Positions 18,674 to 28,019 of a stretch of DNA of 64,000 nt are shown here, one piece after another (position 1 is the stretch's first letter; each line of letters begins with the position of its first letter). The notes beneath the pieces were generated by a model, which saw only the letters and a program-made list of their open reading frames with translations, ran no database searches and had not been told where the DNA came from. Source of the DNA: Candidatus Subterrananammoxibius californiae (GTDB lineage: Bacteria > Planctomycetota > Brocadiia > Brocadiales > Subterrananammoxibiaceae); assembly GCA_030586555.1 (NCBI GenBank), contig JAURAC010000006.1, positions 1 through 64,000 of the forward strand, written 5' to 3'. The position numbers and the translations under genes are program-made.

Positions 18674-20434
18674 ATGAACATTATCATAATATTATCCGCT
18701 ATTATCCTGTGCTTTTTTCTTGCCTGCCGGTTCTATGCCCGATATATTTCTAAGGCTATGGGGTTAGACCATCGCCGCATAACCCCCGCGCTGGAAAAGG
18801 ATGATGGGCGTGATTATGTGCCAACCAAAACGCCCGTTGTGTTTGCCCACCATTTCGCCTCGATTGCAGGCGCAGGACCTATTATCGGTCCAACCATTGC
18901 CCTTATCTATGGTTGGGGTCCTGCATGGTTATGGGTGGTTATAGGGGGTATATTCTTTGGGGCGGTCCATGATTTCTCAGCCATTTTTGTCAGCATTCGT
19001 GAGGGTGGCAAGTCAATTGCAGAGATAGCCCGTAAGACGCTCGGCAAGAATGGATTCATCATGATGATAGCCTTCGCCATAATTATGCTTGTCCTTGTTA
19101 ATGCTACCTTCCTGAATGCCTCTGTTACAGCCCTGACCTCCATGATAGAGCCTGCACAATTGAATCTAAACAGCGAACAACATATCTTCCGAGAAATAGG
19201 AGAAGGCGCAGATAAAAAGATTGTCATCGGCGGGATTGCATCTGCATCCGTGGTCGTTATTACACTTTTTGCGCCGCTTTTAGGTTTCCTTTATTTAAAG
19301 AAAAATGTCCCAGTTATCCTCTGCTCTTTATTTGCTATTATTGTCTGCGTTCTTTCTGTAACTATTGGTATTTACCGCCCAATCACTCTTAGCCCCCTTG
19401 TATGGATGACCTCAATCGCTGTTTATACATGGATTGCCGCTGGCATCCCTGTGTGGATATTCCTTCAGTCCAGGGATTTTATTAATGTGCACATTCTTTA
19501 TGCTGGCATAATTATACTCGTGGCTGGAATTTTTTCTTACGGCTTTAAAGGCGCCCAGATTAATTTCCCTGCCACAAATATTGTCGAAGGGGTTGACAAT
19601 ATCGGCTATATCTGGCCTGCCATCTTTATCACCATTGCATGTGGGGCTATTAGCGGCTTCCATTCGTTATGCGGAACGGGAACAACCTGTAAGCAGCTTA
19701 AAAGCGAATACTCAACACGACAGGTAGGCTATTACGCCATGCTCCTTGAATCATTCCTTGCAGCCAGCGTTATTGCCGTATTAGTAATTGGCATTGACTT
19801 TAGCCATTATAAACAGCTTGTCTTTCCCGCCCTTAGTTCTGGTCAAAAGGGCAATCCGATTCTGGCGTTTTCTTTAGCCATGGGACACACCCTCGGGAAC
19901 GGGCTCGGACTACCGGTGGCATTCGGCACAATCTTTGGCATGTTGTTACTTGAGGGTTTTATCGTAACGTCACTCGATACCGCCGTACGTTTGAACCGAT
20001 ACCTCTTTGAGGAACTCTGGCACGTCATCTTCTCAAGACCGCCTGCATTCTTACGCCACTATATGTTCAACTCTGGGCTGGCAGTAGTTTTAATGTTTTG
20101 CCTTGCCCGTAACAACACGGTAGCCACTATATGGTCAATCTTTGGCGCCGCAAACCAATTGCTTGCCGCCCTTTCCCTACTTGCGGTCTCCTTCTGGCTA
20201 CTAAATAATGGCAAAAGGCTCTGGTACACAATTATCCCTGCAAGCTTTATGCTAATAACGACCATCTCTATGTTAGTAATCTTGCTTATTACTAATTACC
20301 TGCCGAACGGCAACTATCCATTAATAATAGCAAGCATACTGCTTTTGTGTCTGGCGGCGGGAATTATTGGAACCGCCATTAATGTGTATGGCAGGTATCT
20401 TAGAAATTCCTGTAAAATGGTAGTGAGAACATGA
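18674..20434 (+). CDS. cstA: Carbon starvation protein A family transporter
   Basis: HHFASIAGAGPIIGP, ITIACGAISGFHSL and FGAANQLLAAL motifs. Confidence 0.95.
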   Translation: MNIIIILSAIILCFFLACRFYARYISKAMGLDHRRITPALEKDDGRDYVPTKTPVVFAHHFASIAGAGPIIGPTIALIYGWGPAWLWVVIGGIFFGAVHDFSAIFVSIREGGKSIAEIARKTLGKNGFIMMIAFAIIMLVLVNATFLNASVTALTSMIEPAQLNLNSEQHIFREIGEGADKKIVIGGIASASVVVITLFAPLLGFLYLKKNVPVILCSLFAIIVCVLSVTIGIYRPITLSPLVWMTSIAVYTWIAAGIPVWIFLQSRDFINVHILYAGIIILVAGIFSYGFKGAQINFPATNIVEGVDNIGYIWPAIFITIACGAISGFHSLCGTGTTCKQLKSEYSTRQVGYYAMLLESFLAASVIAVLVIGIDFSHYKQLVFPALSSGQKGNPILAFSLAMGHTLGNGLGLPVAFGTIFGMLLLEGFIVTSLDTAVRLNRYLFEELWHVIFSRPPAFLRHYMFNSGLAVVLMFCLARNNTVATIWSIFGAANQLLAALSLLAVSFWLLNNGKRLWYTIIPASFMLITTISMLVILLITNYLPNGNYPLIIASILLLCLAAGIIGTAINVYGRYLRNSCKMVVRT

Positions 20435-20655
20435 AAATTCAATACGATGCAGAGGTAGACGCACTCTACATTGAGTTTCGCCCACTTGAGCCAGGAACTG
20501 CCGATAACAGGGAATTGAGTGAGGATATTATAGCCAACTACGGACCCGATGGTAAACTGTCAGGTCTTGAGATACTTAATGCAAGTGTTGTTTTAGGTGA
20601 AAAGCTAAATAAGGTAATTGTAGAAGCAAGCCCTGTTCCCTATAGTGCTGTTTAA
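20431..20655 (+). CDS. DUF2283 domain protein
   Basis: MKIQYDAEVDALYIEF...GLEIL. Confidence 0.85.
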   Translation: MKIQYDAEVDALYIEFRPLEPGTADNRELSEDIIANYGPDGKLSGLEILNASVVLGEKLNKVIVEASPVPYSAV

Positions 20656-20689
20656 TATCATCATTCTCAGTTTAATGGAAGCCATTTTG

Positions 20690-20742
20690 CGCAGGCTAAA
20701 GTTCGCCACGGCGAATCTGCCTCAGGCACGACCTACGACTAC
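20690..20742. repeat. CGCAGGCTAAAG..CCTACGACTAC REP with the nested 30-bp element at 20702-20731
   Basis: Insert TTCGCCACGGCGAATCTGCCTCAGGCACGA. Confidence 0.8.
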
Positions 20743-20882
20743 ACGTTGTAATCCGTTATAACAATTTTCAATGTCTATTTTTGGGTAGGGGTTTTTGCTT
20801 GCAAATTGGACTTAATATGATATAATTCTCCCCAATTGTTTTTGGTAAACAGGCAGGTTCAAAATTTTAAGGAGACAAGGCG

Positions 20883-21350
20883 TTGAAGATAGAAAAATGT
20901 ATGACATGGAATCCGTTTTTCTTGAAGTCTGGGACTCCTATAAGGGAGGCGGCAAAGGTTTTTATTGCGAGGAAGTTTGGCGCACTGCCAATACTTGACA
21001 AGCGAGACAAACTAATTGGCATCGTTACCATCATGGATTTGCTTAAGGTGTTCCTGCCTGATTTTGTACCTTTAGTAGACATTGACTTCATAAAAGATTA
21101 TGGTGCGCTTGAGATTCAGGAGAAGGACATAGAGAAAATCGAAAGCCTTGTGGTAGATGATATTATGACAAAAAAAGTTATTTCTGTGGATTCTGATTGT
21201 CCATTAACGAGGGCTATATCCCTGATGAAGAAACACGATTTCAGGCACCTGCCGGTAGTAAAGGAAGGGAAGCTTATAGGAATGGTGTCAAGTACTGATA
21301 TATGCCGCCGCTTCCTTGAAATCTGGGAAGCCAAAAACAAGAAAGATTGA
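20883..21350 (+). CDS. CBS-domain pair protein
   Basis: GALPILD..LIGIVT and RHLPVV..LIGMVS. Confidence 0.9.
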   Translation: MKIEKCMTWNPFFLKSGTPIREAAKVFIARKFGALPILDKRDKLIGIVTIMDLLKVFLPDFVPLVDIDFIKDYGALEIQEKDIEKIESLVVDDIMTKKVISVDSDCPLTRAISLMKKHDFRHLPVVKEGKLIGMVSSTDICRRFLEIWEAKNKKD

Positions 21351-21362
21351 ATCAACGAACAT

Positions 21363-21444
21363 GGCAGACAACAAGGTTTTACCTTCGGCTGAGCAGTTCG
21401 ACCCTGAGCTCACTGCCGAAGGGCTCAGGTCGAAGCCTCATTGA
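21363..21444. repeat. GGTAGACAACG-family REP with a 54-bp composite insert
   Basis: Compared with the empty host at 43615-43641 and 52496-52523. Confidence 0.7.
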
Positions 21445-21459
21445 GAAAGGATAAAGGAG

Positions 21460-22920
21460 ATGGAATTTATATCACAGATAGGTCTGGGTTTAATTTTCAT
21501 TGCCGTTATTGTGACGCTTATTTATGTGAAGGCGCATAGAACGCTTATTATCTTATTAGCAAGCGCACTTATGGGCGCTGCCGGCGCCGCCGCTGGAACA
21601 CATTACGAAAAGGTTGAGCCAGAGCGCCTGCATCAATATATCGCAGGCTTCATCTTCATTGTAGTATTTGGCATAATTATATCAGAGAAAATACACAGAA
21701 CTATCATAGCCCTGGTAGGGGCGGTGATAATGGTCCTTGTAGGTATGTACCTTGGCTTCTATTCTCAGGGCGAGGCGCTAAAGGCGATAGATTTTAATAC
21801 CATTGGTCTGCTAATGGGCATGATGATTATTGTAAACATGCTTAAGAGGACAGGCTTTTTTGAGTACCTCGCCACCATTGCGGCAAAAAAGACAAAAGGA
21901 AGCCCCTGGCTGCTGATGCTAATTCTTGGTTCCATCACGACATTTGTCTCCATGGTAATTGATAACGTAACGACTGTGGTGTTGATGGTTCCCATCACGA
22001 TAATCGTTGCGGAGATTATTGGTATAAACCCCCTCCCTATCCTTTTAGCCGAAGCCCTGCTTTCAAATACCGGTGGCACTGCCACACTTATTGGCGACCC
22101 GCCAAACATAATGATTGGTACTGCCGCCAATTTAAGCTTTAACGATTTTCTTGTCAAGCTGTTTCCTATCGTGATGCTGATATGGGTTTCTTCAGTGGTG
22201 TTGTTAAAATTTGTCTTTCGGAAGGAGTTACGTGAGAAACCACGGAATATTGAAGCCCTTTTAAAATTAGACGAAAAGCAGGCTCTAAAAGACCCAAAAT
22301 CGTTAAAGAAGATATTGTTTTCGCTCGCCATTGTTTTAGTACTGTTTTTTATTCATCACATATTCCATTTTCAGAGTTCCTTTGTCGCCCTGATTGGCGC
22401 AGCCATTTCATTTCTATGGGTTCGTCCCCACCCCGATGAAATCCTTAAGGAGGTTGAATGGACGGTACTGCTCTTCTTTGCCTGCCTCTTTGTTGTCGTG
22501 GGGGGTGTTGAAAAGACAGGGTTACTGGATGTTGCGGCGGAGCAGATTGGCCATCATGCTACAGGAAGCCTTATTGTAACGACATTAATAATTATATGGG
22601 TCTCTGCATTTCTCTCTGCCATTATTGATAATATCCCGTTTACTATGGCAATGATTCCTGTTTTACAGCACCTTGAGACGCAGGGAATAAACATCACCCC
22701 ACTGTGGTGGGCGCTTGCCCTCGGTGTCGGTTTTGGCGGTAACGGGACGCCTATCGGCTCATCTGCTGGTGTTGTTACCATGGCAATGAGCGAACGCACA
22801 AAATTCCCTATCACATTCAGGAATTGGTTCAAGTCAGGCTCTATTTTGATGATTGCCAACTGTATCTTTGCCTCAATACTTGTGGTTGTATTCTTTAAAT
22901 TTCTTTCCACACCACGATGA
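21460..22920 (+). CDS. ArsB/NhaD/CitMHS (IT superfamily) transporter
   Basis: DNVTTV, TLIGDPPNIMIG, DNIPF and GNGTPIGSSA motifs. Confidence 0.9.
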   Translation: MEFISQIGLGLIFIAVIVTLIYVKAHRTLIILLASALMGAAGAAAGTHYEKVEPERLHQYIAGFIFIVVFGIIISEKIHRTIIALVGAVIMVLVGMYLGFYSQGEALKAIDFNTIGLLMGMMIIVNMLKRTGFFEYLATIAAKKTKGSPWLLMLILGSITTFVSMVIDNVTTVVLMVPITIIVAEIIGINPLPILLAEALLSNTGGTATLIGDPPNIMIGTAANLSFNDFLVKLFPIVMLIWVSSVVLLKFVFRKELREKPRNIEALLKLDEKQALKDPKSLKKILFSLAIVLVLFFIHHIFHFQSSFVALIGAAISFLWVRPHPDEILKEVEWTVLLFFACLFVVVGGVEKTGLLDVAAEQIGHHATGSLIVTTLIIIWVSAFLSAIIDNIPFTMAMIPVLQHLETQGINITPLWWALALGVGFGGNGTPIGSSAGVVTMAMSERTKFPITFRNWFKSGSILMIANCIFASILVVVFFKFLSTPR

Positions 22921-24038
22921 AGGTCTTTCTTTCCTTAAGTTGTAGGGGCGTATTGTTCGCCATGGCGAATCTGCCTCAGGCACGACAATACGCCCCTACG
23001 GTTGTCATTCTGCTTTATATTCTATCCACCTCTGCCTTCGGTGAAACCCGGGTACTCTTTTCCCCCGAAGGTAGTATAAGGGACTGTATCCTTGAAAATA
23101 TCGGCGGTTGCAGTTCATCCATTGAAATAGCGGTATACGACTTCGCCTCGGGCGATATTGCAGAAGCCCTCATTAACGCCAAAAATAGAGGCATAAAAAT
23201 AAGGGTTGTGCTGGACAAGAAGCAAGCAGAGAAGGAAGGCTCTTTATACGGCTTCCTTAAGGATGAGGGTTTTGACGTGCTATTGGTGAAGGGCAGGGTT
23301 GGCGGAAGTATGCACAACAGCTTTGTGATATTTGATAACAAACTCGTGTTGACAGGCTCATACAACTGGACGGAATATGCAGAAAAATTTAACTATGAAA
23401 ACGTAATCCTTACTGACGAAAAAGCGGTGGTTGAAATGTATCAAAACGAGTTTGAGAGATTGCGTGTGGGTACGGAGATAGTAGAAAGGAAACAAGAGCC
23501 TGTTACCCAAATCCAGCCTCCTGCTCCCTTGAAAGCAGCGCCACAGGAAGAAATAAAGACAGAGGAGTTAAAAGCAGATACGGGAAAACAAGACAGCAAG
23601 TCCTGGTTAGATTTCCTTTCAACATATCCTAAAAAACCTCCTCCTCCCTCACCAGCAGAAGGCGCCCCAGAAAAGGAATTTTTAGATATATCTTTTGAAG
23701 AGCTTGATAAGATTTTTGGTAATGAAAGTACGCTCTCAAAGGCTGAAAAAAACGAAAAATGGGAGCAGTATAAGGGAAAATACGTGAGATGGACGGGCGA
23801 GGTTGTGTACAGGGGCATTGGCCGCACCGATTGGAACAGGATGGGGGTTAAGCATACAAATACGGATAAGTTAGATGTTGAACTGTGGTTCGATTATAGA
23901 ATGATGGATACGGTCTTAAGTATTAATAAAGGGAATATCATTACCTATACAGGCATGCTATCTATCAGGCGTGGTTACAATTCGCCTTATAGAATCAAAA
24001 ATGCCTGGATAGAGGAGTATCTCCATCAAAAACCGTAG
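22917..24038 (+). CDS. Exported phospholipase D (Nuc-like) domain plus C-terminal OB-fold-like domain; HKD lysine replaced
   Basis: FSPEG, SIEIAVY, MHNSFVIFD..TGSYNWT...NYEN; Pro-rich linker; YKGKYVRWTGEV. Confidence 0.8.
   Translation: MKVFLSLSCRGVLFAMANLPQARQYAPTVVILLYILSTSAFGETRVLFSPEGSIRDCILENIGGCSSSIEIAVYDFASGDIAEALINAKNRGIKIRVVLDKKQAEKEGSLYGFLKDEGFDVLLVKGRVGGSMHNSFVIFDNKLVLTGSYNWTEYAEKFNYENVILTDEKAVVEMYQNEFERLRVGTEIVERKQEPVTQIQPPAPLKAAPQEEIKTEELKADTGKQDSKSWLDFLSTYPKKPPPPSPAEGAPEKEFLDISFEELDKIFGNESTLSKAEKNEKWEQYKGKYVRWTGEVVYRGIGRTDWNRMGVKHTNTDKLDVELWFDYRMMDTVLSINKGNIITYTGMLSIRRGYNSPYRIKNAWIEEYLHQKP
22942..22999. repeat. GTAG REP with the nested 30-bp element (22956-22985), inside the PLD N-terminal region
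   Basis: Identical composite at 26019-26076. Confidence 0.9.
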
Positions 24039-24186
24039 CAACAAGGAGATGAAAGTCAAATGGGGGGTAAAAAATGACCTTCATAACAGGCTTTCCTTTG
24101 GAGTTCATTGAACATGTCAATAAACGTACCCAGCTTCGGGTGAGCTGGACTCCAAAGCGAACCCTGTTAGTTTCCCCTTGTTGCTA
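24036..24186 (-). ncRNA. Candidate multi-stem structured RNA (~151 nt)
   Basis: Six abutting helices; mismatches in three helices become G-U pairs only on the minus strand. Confidence 0.5.
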
Positions 24187-24213
24187 TTTCTTCAATAAAC
24201 CCATGGCAAGATT

Positions 24214-24450
24214 TTAGTCGAACCCGCCAAACCATTCATCAAACTGGTAGTTCGTTGAGTACACCCTTGGTTCATAAAAGGCATTTTCGCCTGCCTGCGC
24301 AATCTTCAGGTTGCATCTCTTACATCTGCGGTTGTGAGGTCCTTTACTGAGAAATGCCTTTCCACACATAAGACATCTTCGCCTCTTAACCATTGGTTTT
24401 CTTAATGAAAACCTCTTTTCTCTATATTCAATCGCATCACTGCGCCTCAT
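24214..24450 (-). CDS. Small basic zinc-ribbon protein
   Basis: RRCLMCGKAFLSKGPHNRRCKRC; SD AAGGGG before MRRSD. Confidence 0.7.
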   Translation of the reverse strand: MRRSDAIEYREKRFSLRKPMVKRRRCLMCGKAFLSKGPHNRRCKRCNLKIAQAGENAFYEPRVYSTNYQFDEWFGGFD

Positions 24451-24465
24451 AGTCTTTCCCCTTTT

Positions 24466-24564
24466 GGTAGACAACAAACCCATGAATCACGTTCAGGGCA
24501 TGTTTTATGTTCTTTTGGTCAAAGATTCGCCAAAGGCGAACACCAACGCGCCCACGAAGTGGGC
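24466..24564. repeat. Cluster of REP-like elements
   Basis: GGTAGACAAC host with a 24-bp insert (24480-24503); TTCGCCAAAGGCGAA (24526); GCCCACGAAGTGGGC (24550). Confidence 0.65.
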
Positions 24565-24730
24565 ACCCGAACCTCATTGTCTACCACCTGTTATCATTTA
24601 TCATTTTGTTGCTATTCCTGTTACTTCATATTTAGATGTAATATTTTGGTTAAAGATTCACAGATTAACCGTGAACCAAAGACGGAATTTGGCTTGACAG
24701 GTTTTTTGACATAAGTTATGTTATTTATGG

Positions 24731-25198
24731 ATGAAATTTTTTTTGAAGCCTTATTGTGCAATCTGGGCTATAATTATATTATCGGTAGCATGTTCAAGAA
24801 GCGTAACCTCTCCTACTTACAAGTGTAATGGGGTTATTGACGGCGATACCATAGTAGTGGAAGGGGTGGGCAAGGTGAGACTCCTCGGCGTAAATGCTCC
24901 AGAGATAAAGGATACGCACAGGGGCGTTCAACGATTCGGTATGGAATGCACCATGTTCACTGAGCAAAATCTTCTGGGCAAGCAGGTAAGGCTTGAATAC
25001 GATGAAATGAGGATGGATAGTTTTGGCAGAACCCTGGCATACGTTTATGTGGACGATACCCTTTTTAATGCTGAACTGGTAAAGCAGGGCTATGCTTTAG
25101 TGTATGCTAAGTATCCTTTCAAGTACCTCGATGAATTTCGAAGGTTTGAAATGGATGCAAAAAAGAACGGCAGGGGGATATGGTCTTATCAAAGGTAG
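24731..25198 (+). CDS. Thermonuclease (SNase) family protein, probable lipoprotein
   Basis: VIDGDT, VRLLGVNAPE, DSFGRTLAYV and LVKQGYA motifs. Confidence 0.92.
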   Translation: MKFFLKPYCAIWAIIILSVACSRSVTSPTYKCNGVIDGDTIVVEGVGKVRLLGVNAPEIKDTHRGVQRFGMECTMFTEQNLLGKQVRLEYDEMRMDSFGRTLAYVYVDDTLFNAELVKQGYALVYAKYPFKYLDEFRRFEMDAKKNGRGIWSYQR

Positions 25199-25206
25199 CA
25201 CTAAGT

Positions 25207-26022
25207 ATGTTCGTAATTGAGGGTTATAAATTCCAGGCTTTCAATCGTAGAGATGGACACAGGGCAAATTATGCCATCTTAAGTAATGGTTTTGATGACC
25301 TCATGGGGATAAAGTATTCCCCGGATTTCGAATTTTCCCACGAATTTAATATCCTCTCGAAACTCAATCACGAACAAATTCCACACGCTTATGACATGGG
25401 GCAAGGCGATTTGTACGAAGATGGCAGGTTCATAATATCCCAGAATTTCATGGTGCTTGAGCATTTCCCGGGTATTGATTTGGTCGAGTATTACAAGGAA
25501 AAGAACTTACTCGATACCAGACAGATTGACAGCGTTATTAAGCATTTTATTACACTTTGCAACCCGCTTCAGTATCTTCACGAGAAGGGCTATATTCACG
25601 GTGATATAAAACCTGGGCATCTTCTTTTGAATAGGAGCACAGGCAGGGTATGCCTGATTGATTTCGAGTGCGCTGTAAAGCAAGGGGAGCTGATTGGAGG
25701 CAGCACCCGTGGGTACGCATCCCCGGAACAGGAATTACAGATGTTAATAATAAAGGATTTTTTCAAATATTATAAACATCCAGAAAACGAGGCAAAGTTA
25801 TTTATTGATGGTAGAACCGACTTATATTCTCTCGGAGTTGTTCTGTACCAAATACTAACGAACAAACTCTGGAGCGAGTCGCTGAGTCCCCCCAGCCATA
25901 TTAATAAAGAAATTCCACAAAAGCTCGATAATATAGTGTTGGGGCTGTTAGAAACGAAAATTTCTGACAGAATAAGCTCCGCAGAAGAATTGAAAAGAGA
26001 ATTAAATAGTGTTTTGCTGTAG
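25207..26022 (+). CDS. Hanks-type Ser/Thr kinase with atypical motifs
   Basis: HGDIKPGH, DFE, GYASPEQ, DLYSLGVV; start codon uncertain. Confidence 0.8.
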   Translation: MFVIEGYKFQAFNRRDGHRANYAILSNGFDDLMGIKYSPDFEFSHEFNILSKLNHEQIPHAYDMGQGDLYEDGRFIISQNFMVLEHFPGIDLVEYYKEKNLLDTRQIDSVIKHFITLCNPLQYLHEKGYIHGDIKPGHLLLNRSTGRVCLIDFECAVKQGELIGGSTRGYASPEQELQMLIIKDFFKYYKHPENEAKLFIDGRTDLYSLGVVLYQILTNKLWSESLSPPSHINKEIPQKLDNIVLGLLETKISDRISSAEELKRELNSVLL

Positions 26023-26076
26023 GGGCGTATTGTTCGCCATGGCGAATCTGCCTCAGGCACGACAATACGCCCCTAC
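26019..26076. repeat. GTAG REP with the nested 30-bp element (26033-26062); supplies the kinase stop codon
   Basis: Read directly from the sequence. Confidence 0.9.
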
Positions 26077-26147
26077 AATATTTTTGCCTTGACATATACA
26101 TTGAAAATTCATTATATATAGGACAATTTGATGTGCAAAGCGGGGTG

Positions 26148-26176
26148 GGTGGCATGGACAAACTTGTTTGTCCGTG
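26148..26176. repeat. GGTGGCATGGACAAACTTGTTTGTCCGTG REP family (empty copy)
   Basis: Copies at 31920, 43515, 43572, 44868, 52344, 56560, 56612. Confidence 0.9.
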
Positions 26177-26203
26177 CTTCCCCTGAGCAACAAGGTATTG
26201 AAA

Positions 26204-26623
26204 ATGTTTAGGTACGTTTCGATATACATACTATTTAGCGCCTTCTGCTGGCTTTCAAGCGCATTAGCCGTTACTTATGACCCGATTGAACCCGTAACGC
26301 TATTAAAGAGCGCTTCCGAACATGCAGGAAAGTTTGTAACGTTTCAGGCAAAATTTTTAGATACGTCACCCAAGACTAAGGAGCTTCTCAGCGCCCTTAC
26401 CGGCGCAAGGGTTGATTTAAATAACTATGATAGCTTTGTGGTGTATGGAAATGGATTCGTTTTCCCGCGTATGCTTATATCAAAGCAAAAGGGGAGCGAC
26501 ATCCTTTATAAATTAAAATCTGATACCACTGTTGCTATTTACGGCGAAGTTTACAGGGTAAATATGGTTGGAGAGCCTATTATCATCGTTCACAAAATAG
26601 AGAAGACTGGCGCCCTCCCATAG
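26204..26623 (+). CDS. Exported hypothetical protein, OB-fold-like
   Basis: Signal peptide ending ALA; GKFVTFQAKF...VAIYGEV. Confidence 0.6.
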   Translation: MFRYVSIYILFSAFCWLSSALAVTYDPIEPVTLLKSASEHAGKFVTFQAKFLDTSPKTKELLSALTGARVDLNNYDSFVVYGNGFVFPRMLISKQKGSDILYKLKSDTTVAIYGEVYRVNMVGEPIIIVHKIEKTGALP

Positions 26624-26631
26624 GGTTGAAT

Positions 26632-26757
26632 GGCAGACAACTGACTTCATGTCCATTGAAATTGGAAAGGAAAGGTAGACAACGGTGTTTATCATCGTTG
26701 AAATCAACGAACATAAAGTTGCAAACCCGCCGTTTTTGGGGTGGGTTCGTTGTCTAC
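26632..26757. repeat. Three GGTAGACAACG-family REPs; the third carries a 27-bp insert (26721-26747)
   Basis: Family also at 43615, 52443, 52496, 53374, 63318. Confidence 0.8.
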
Positions 26758-26790
26758 TTCTGAAAATGTAAGCGAAAGGAGAGAAAGAGG

Positions 26791-26994
26791 ATGAAACTAC
26801 TTCTGGGATTTATTTCTTTGGCAGCGTTAACGCTTATTTCATTTGTGTTAATAGTTTCAGGTTTTATTCGTTTGTTTAACGCCGCAAGGGAAGGCTTGGC
26901 GATAACGCCCGGTCATCTATTTATTTGTTTTGCCTCGTTTATATTAGGCTCGTTGATATTAGGTTTTGTCTTCGCTCAATCAGCAAAGGATTAA
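26791..26994 (+). CDS. Small two-TM membrane protein
   Basis: SD AGAGG; two hydrophobic helices. Confidence 0.6.
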   Translation: MKLLLGFISLAALTLISFVLIVSGFIRLFNAAREGLAITPGHLFICFASFILGSLILGFVFAQSAKD

Positions 26995-27031
26995 GGACCG
27001 AGCTTGCCTTATCTTTTTAAAAGAGTGATAA

Positions 27032-27409
27032 ATGGCTAAAGAAGCGCTGAAATACTTACAAAATGCAAAGGAGGTTTTAAGCAAGTCTCCTATAGAGAAT
27101 GACACCTATACAAAAATTAAGCCAGTAAGAGAAGCCTTTGGAACGGCGTATCTGGCAGTCTTAGAGGCTATTAACGAGGTGCTAATAGAAAGGGGACTTA
27201 CTAAAAAAGAGCTCCCAAAATCTGTCGAAGAATATAGACAGGTATTACGAAAATATTTTGCCGTGCATAATGGGAAGCTTCTAAGGGAGTTTGAAAAACT
27301 TTATGATGTGCTTCACATAGCAGGTTATTACAGAGGACTTCTTTATGATGTGAATATAGTTAAAGATGCTTTTAAAGCTGCCAGGGCTTTTATAGAGAAA
27401 ATCAAGTAA
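27032..27409 (+). CDS. DUF5618-like (HEPN-like fold) protein
   Basis: EALKYLQNAKEVL...AYLAVLEA...LHIAGYY. Confidence 0.7.
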   Translation: MAKEALKYLQNAKEVLSKSPIENDTYTKIKPVREAFGTAYLAVLEAINEVLIERGLTKKELPKSVEEYRQVLRKYFAVHNGKLLREFEKLYDVLHIAGYYRGLLYDVNIVKDAFKAARAFIEKIK

Positions 27410-27419
27410 GAGTAAATTT

Positions 27420-27620
27420 TTACCGGCATAACATTGCCACTAAATAGGTTGCCTCCTTAATTATACCTGCCCCTAAGGCGATAATAAATGCAACGGCTAC
27501 ATATTTTATAACCGCCTTGCGTCTGGATGCCACTGAGATTCTCTTGCGTATATTAGCAAGGCATCGGTCTTCATTCCAATTTGCTTTCCGACGAGACGAA
27601 GGATTTACCTGACGCATCAT
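27420..27620 (-). CDS. Small basic single-TM protein
   Basis: SD AAGGAG before MMRQV; C-terminal TM helix. Confidence 0.5.
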   Translation of the reverse strand: MMRQVNPSSRRKANWNEDRCLANIRKRISVASRRKAVIKYVAVAFIIALGAGIIKEATYLVAMLCR

Positions 27621-28019
27621 GTCTCCTTCAAAAATAGGGATGTCACTGAAGAATATACTTACCTCCTCTAAAATATGAAGCAAGTAATGTGCCAAAAGGT
27701 ATATCATTTGCCTGTAAATACTTACGACTTTGCAAATTGCTTCTGTTGTACATATAGCGAAAAAAATAATACAAAGTTGTACTTACAAGGGTTAAAAGCG
27801 TCCGCCTCAGGCGGACTCATAGATGACAAAAAAGGGCTTTTTCAGGTGAAGAAAATTTTCTTGTTTTTATCGTTCTAATGGACTAAACTTAACGCATATT
27901 CGTAGCGAATGACGGCTTGAAAGGAGAAATTTTTCTTTAAGGTGAAGGAGGTGATGTCCCTTAATGTATTGTAAGGTTGTTTGATGGTATTTTTCAGACG
28001 AAAACGGAGGTACTTAAAT

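Noticed and set aside
24036..24186. Hammerhead ribozyme reading of the structured region (GAAAC at a junction)
   Set aside because: The CUGANGA core is absent.
26632..26757. Three similar ~28-bp repeats resembling a mini-CRISPR
   Set aside because: Mixed orientation, no regular spacers and no cas genes; the same family is dispersed through the window as REPs.
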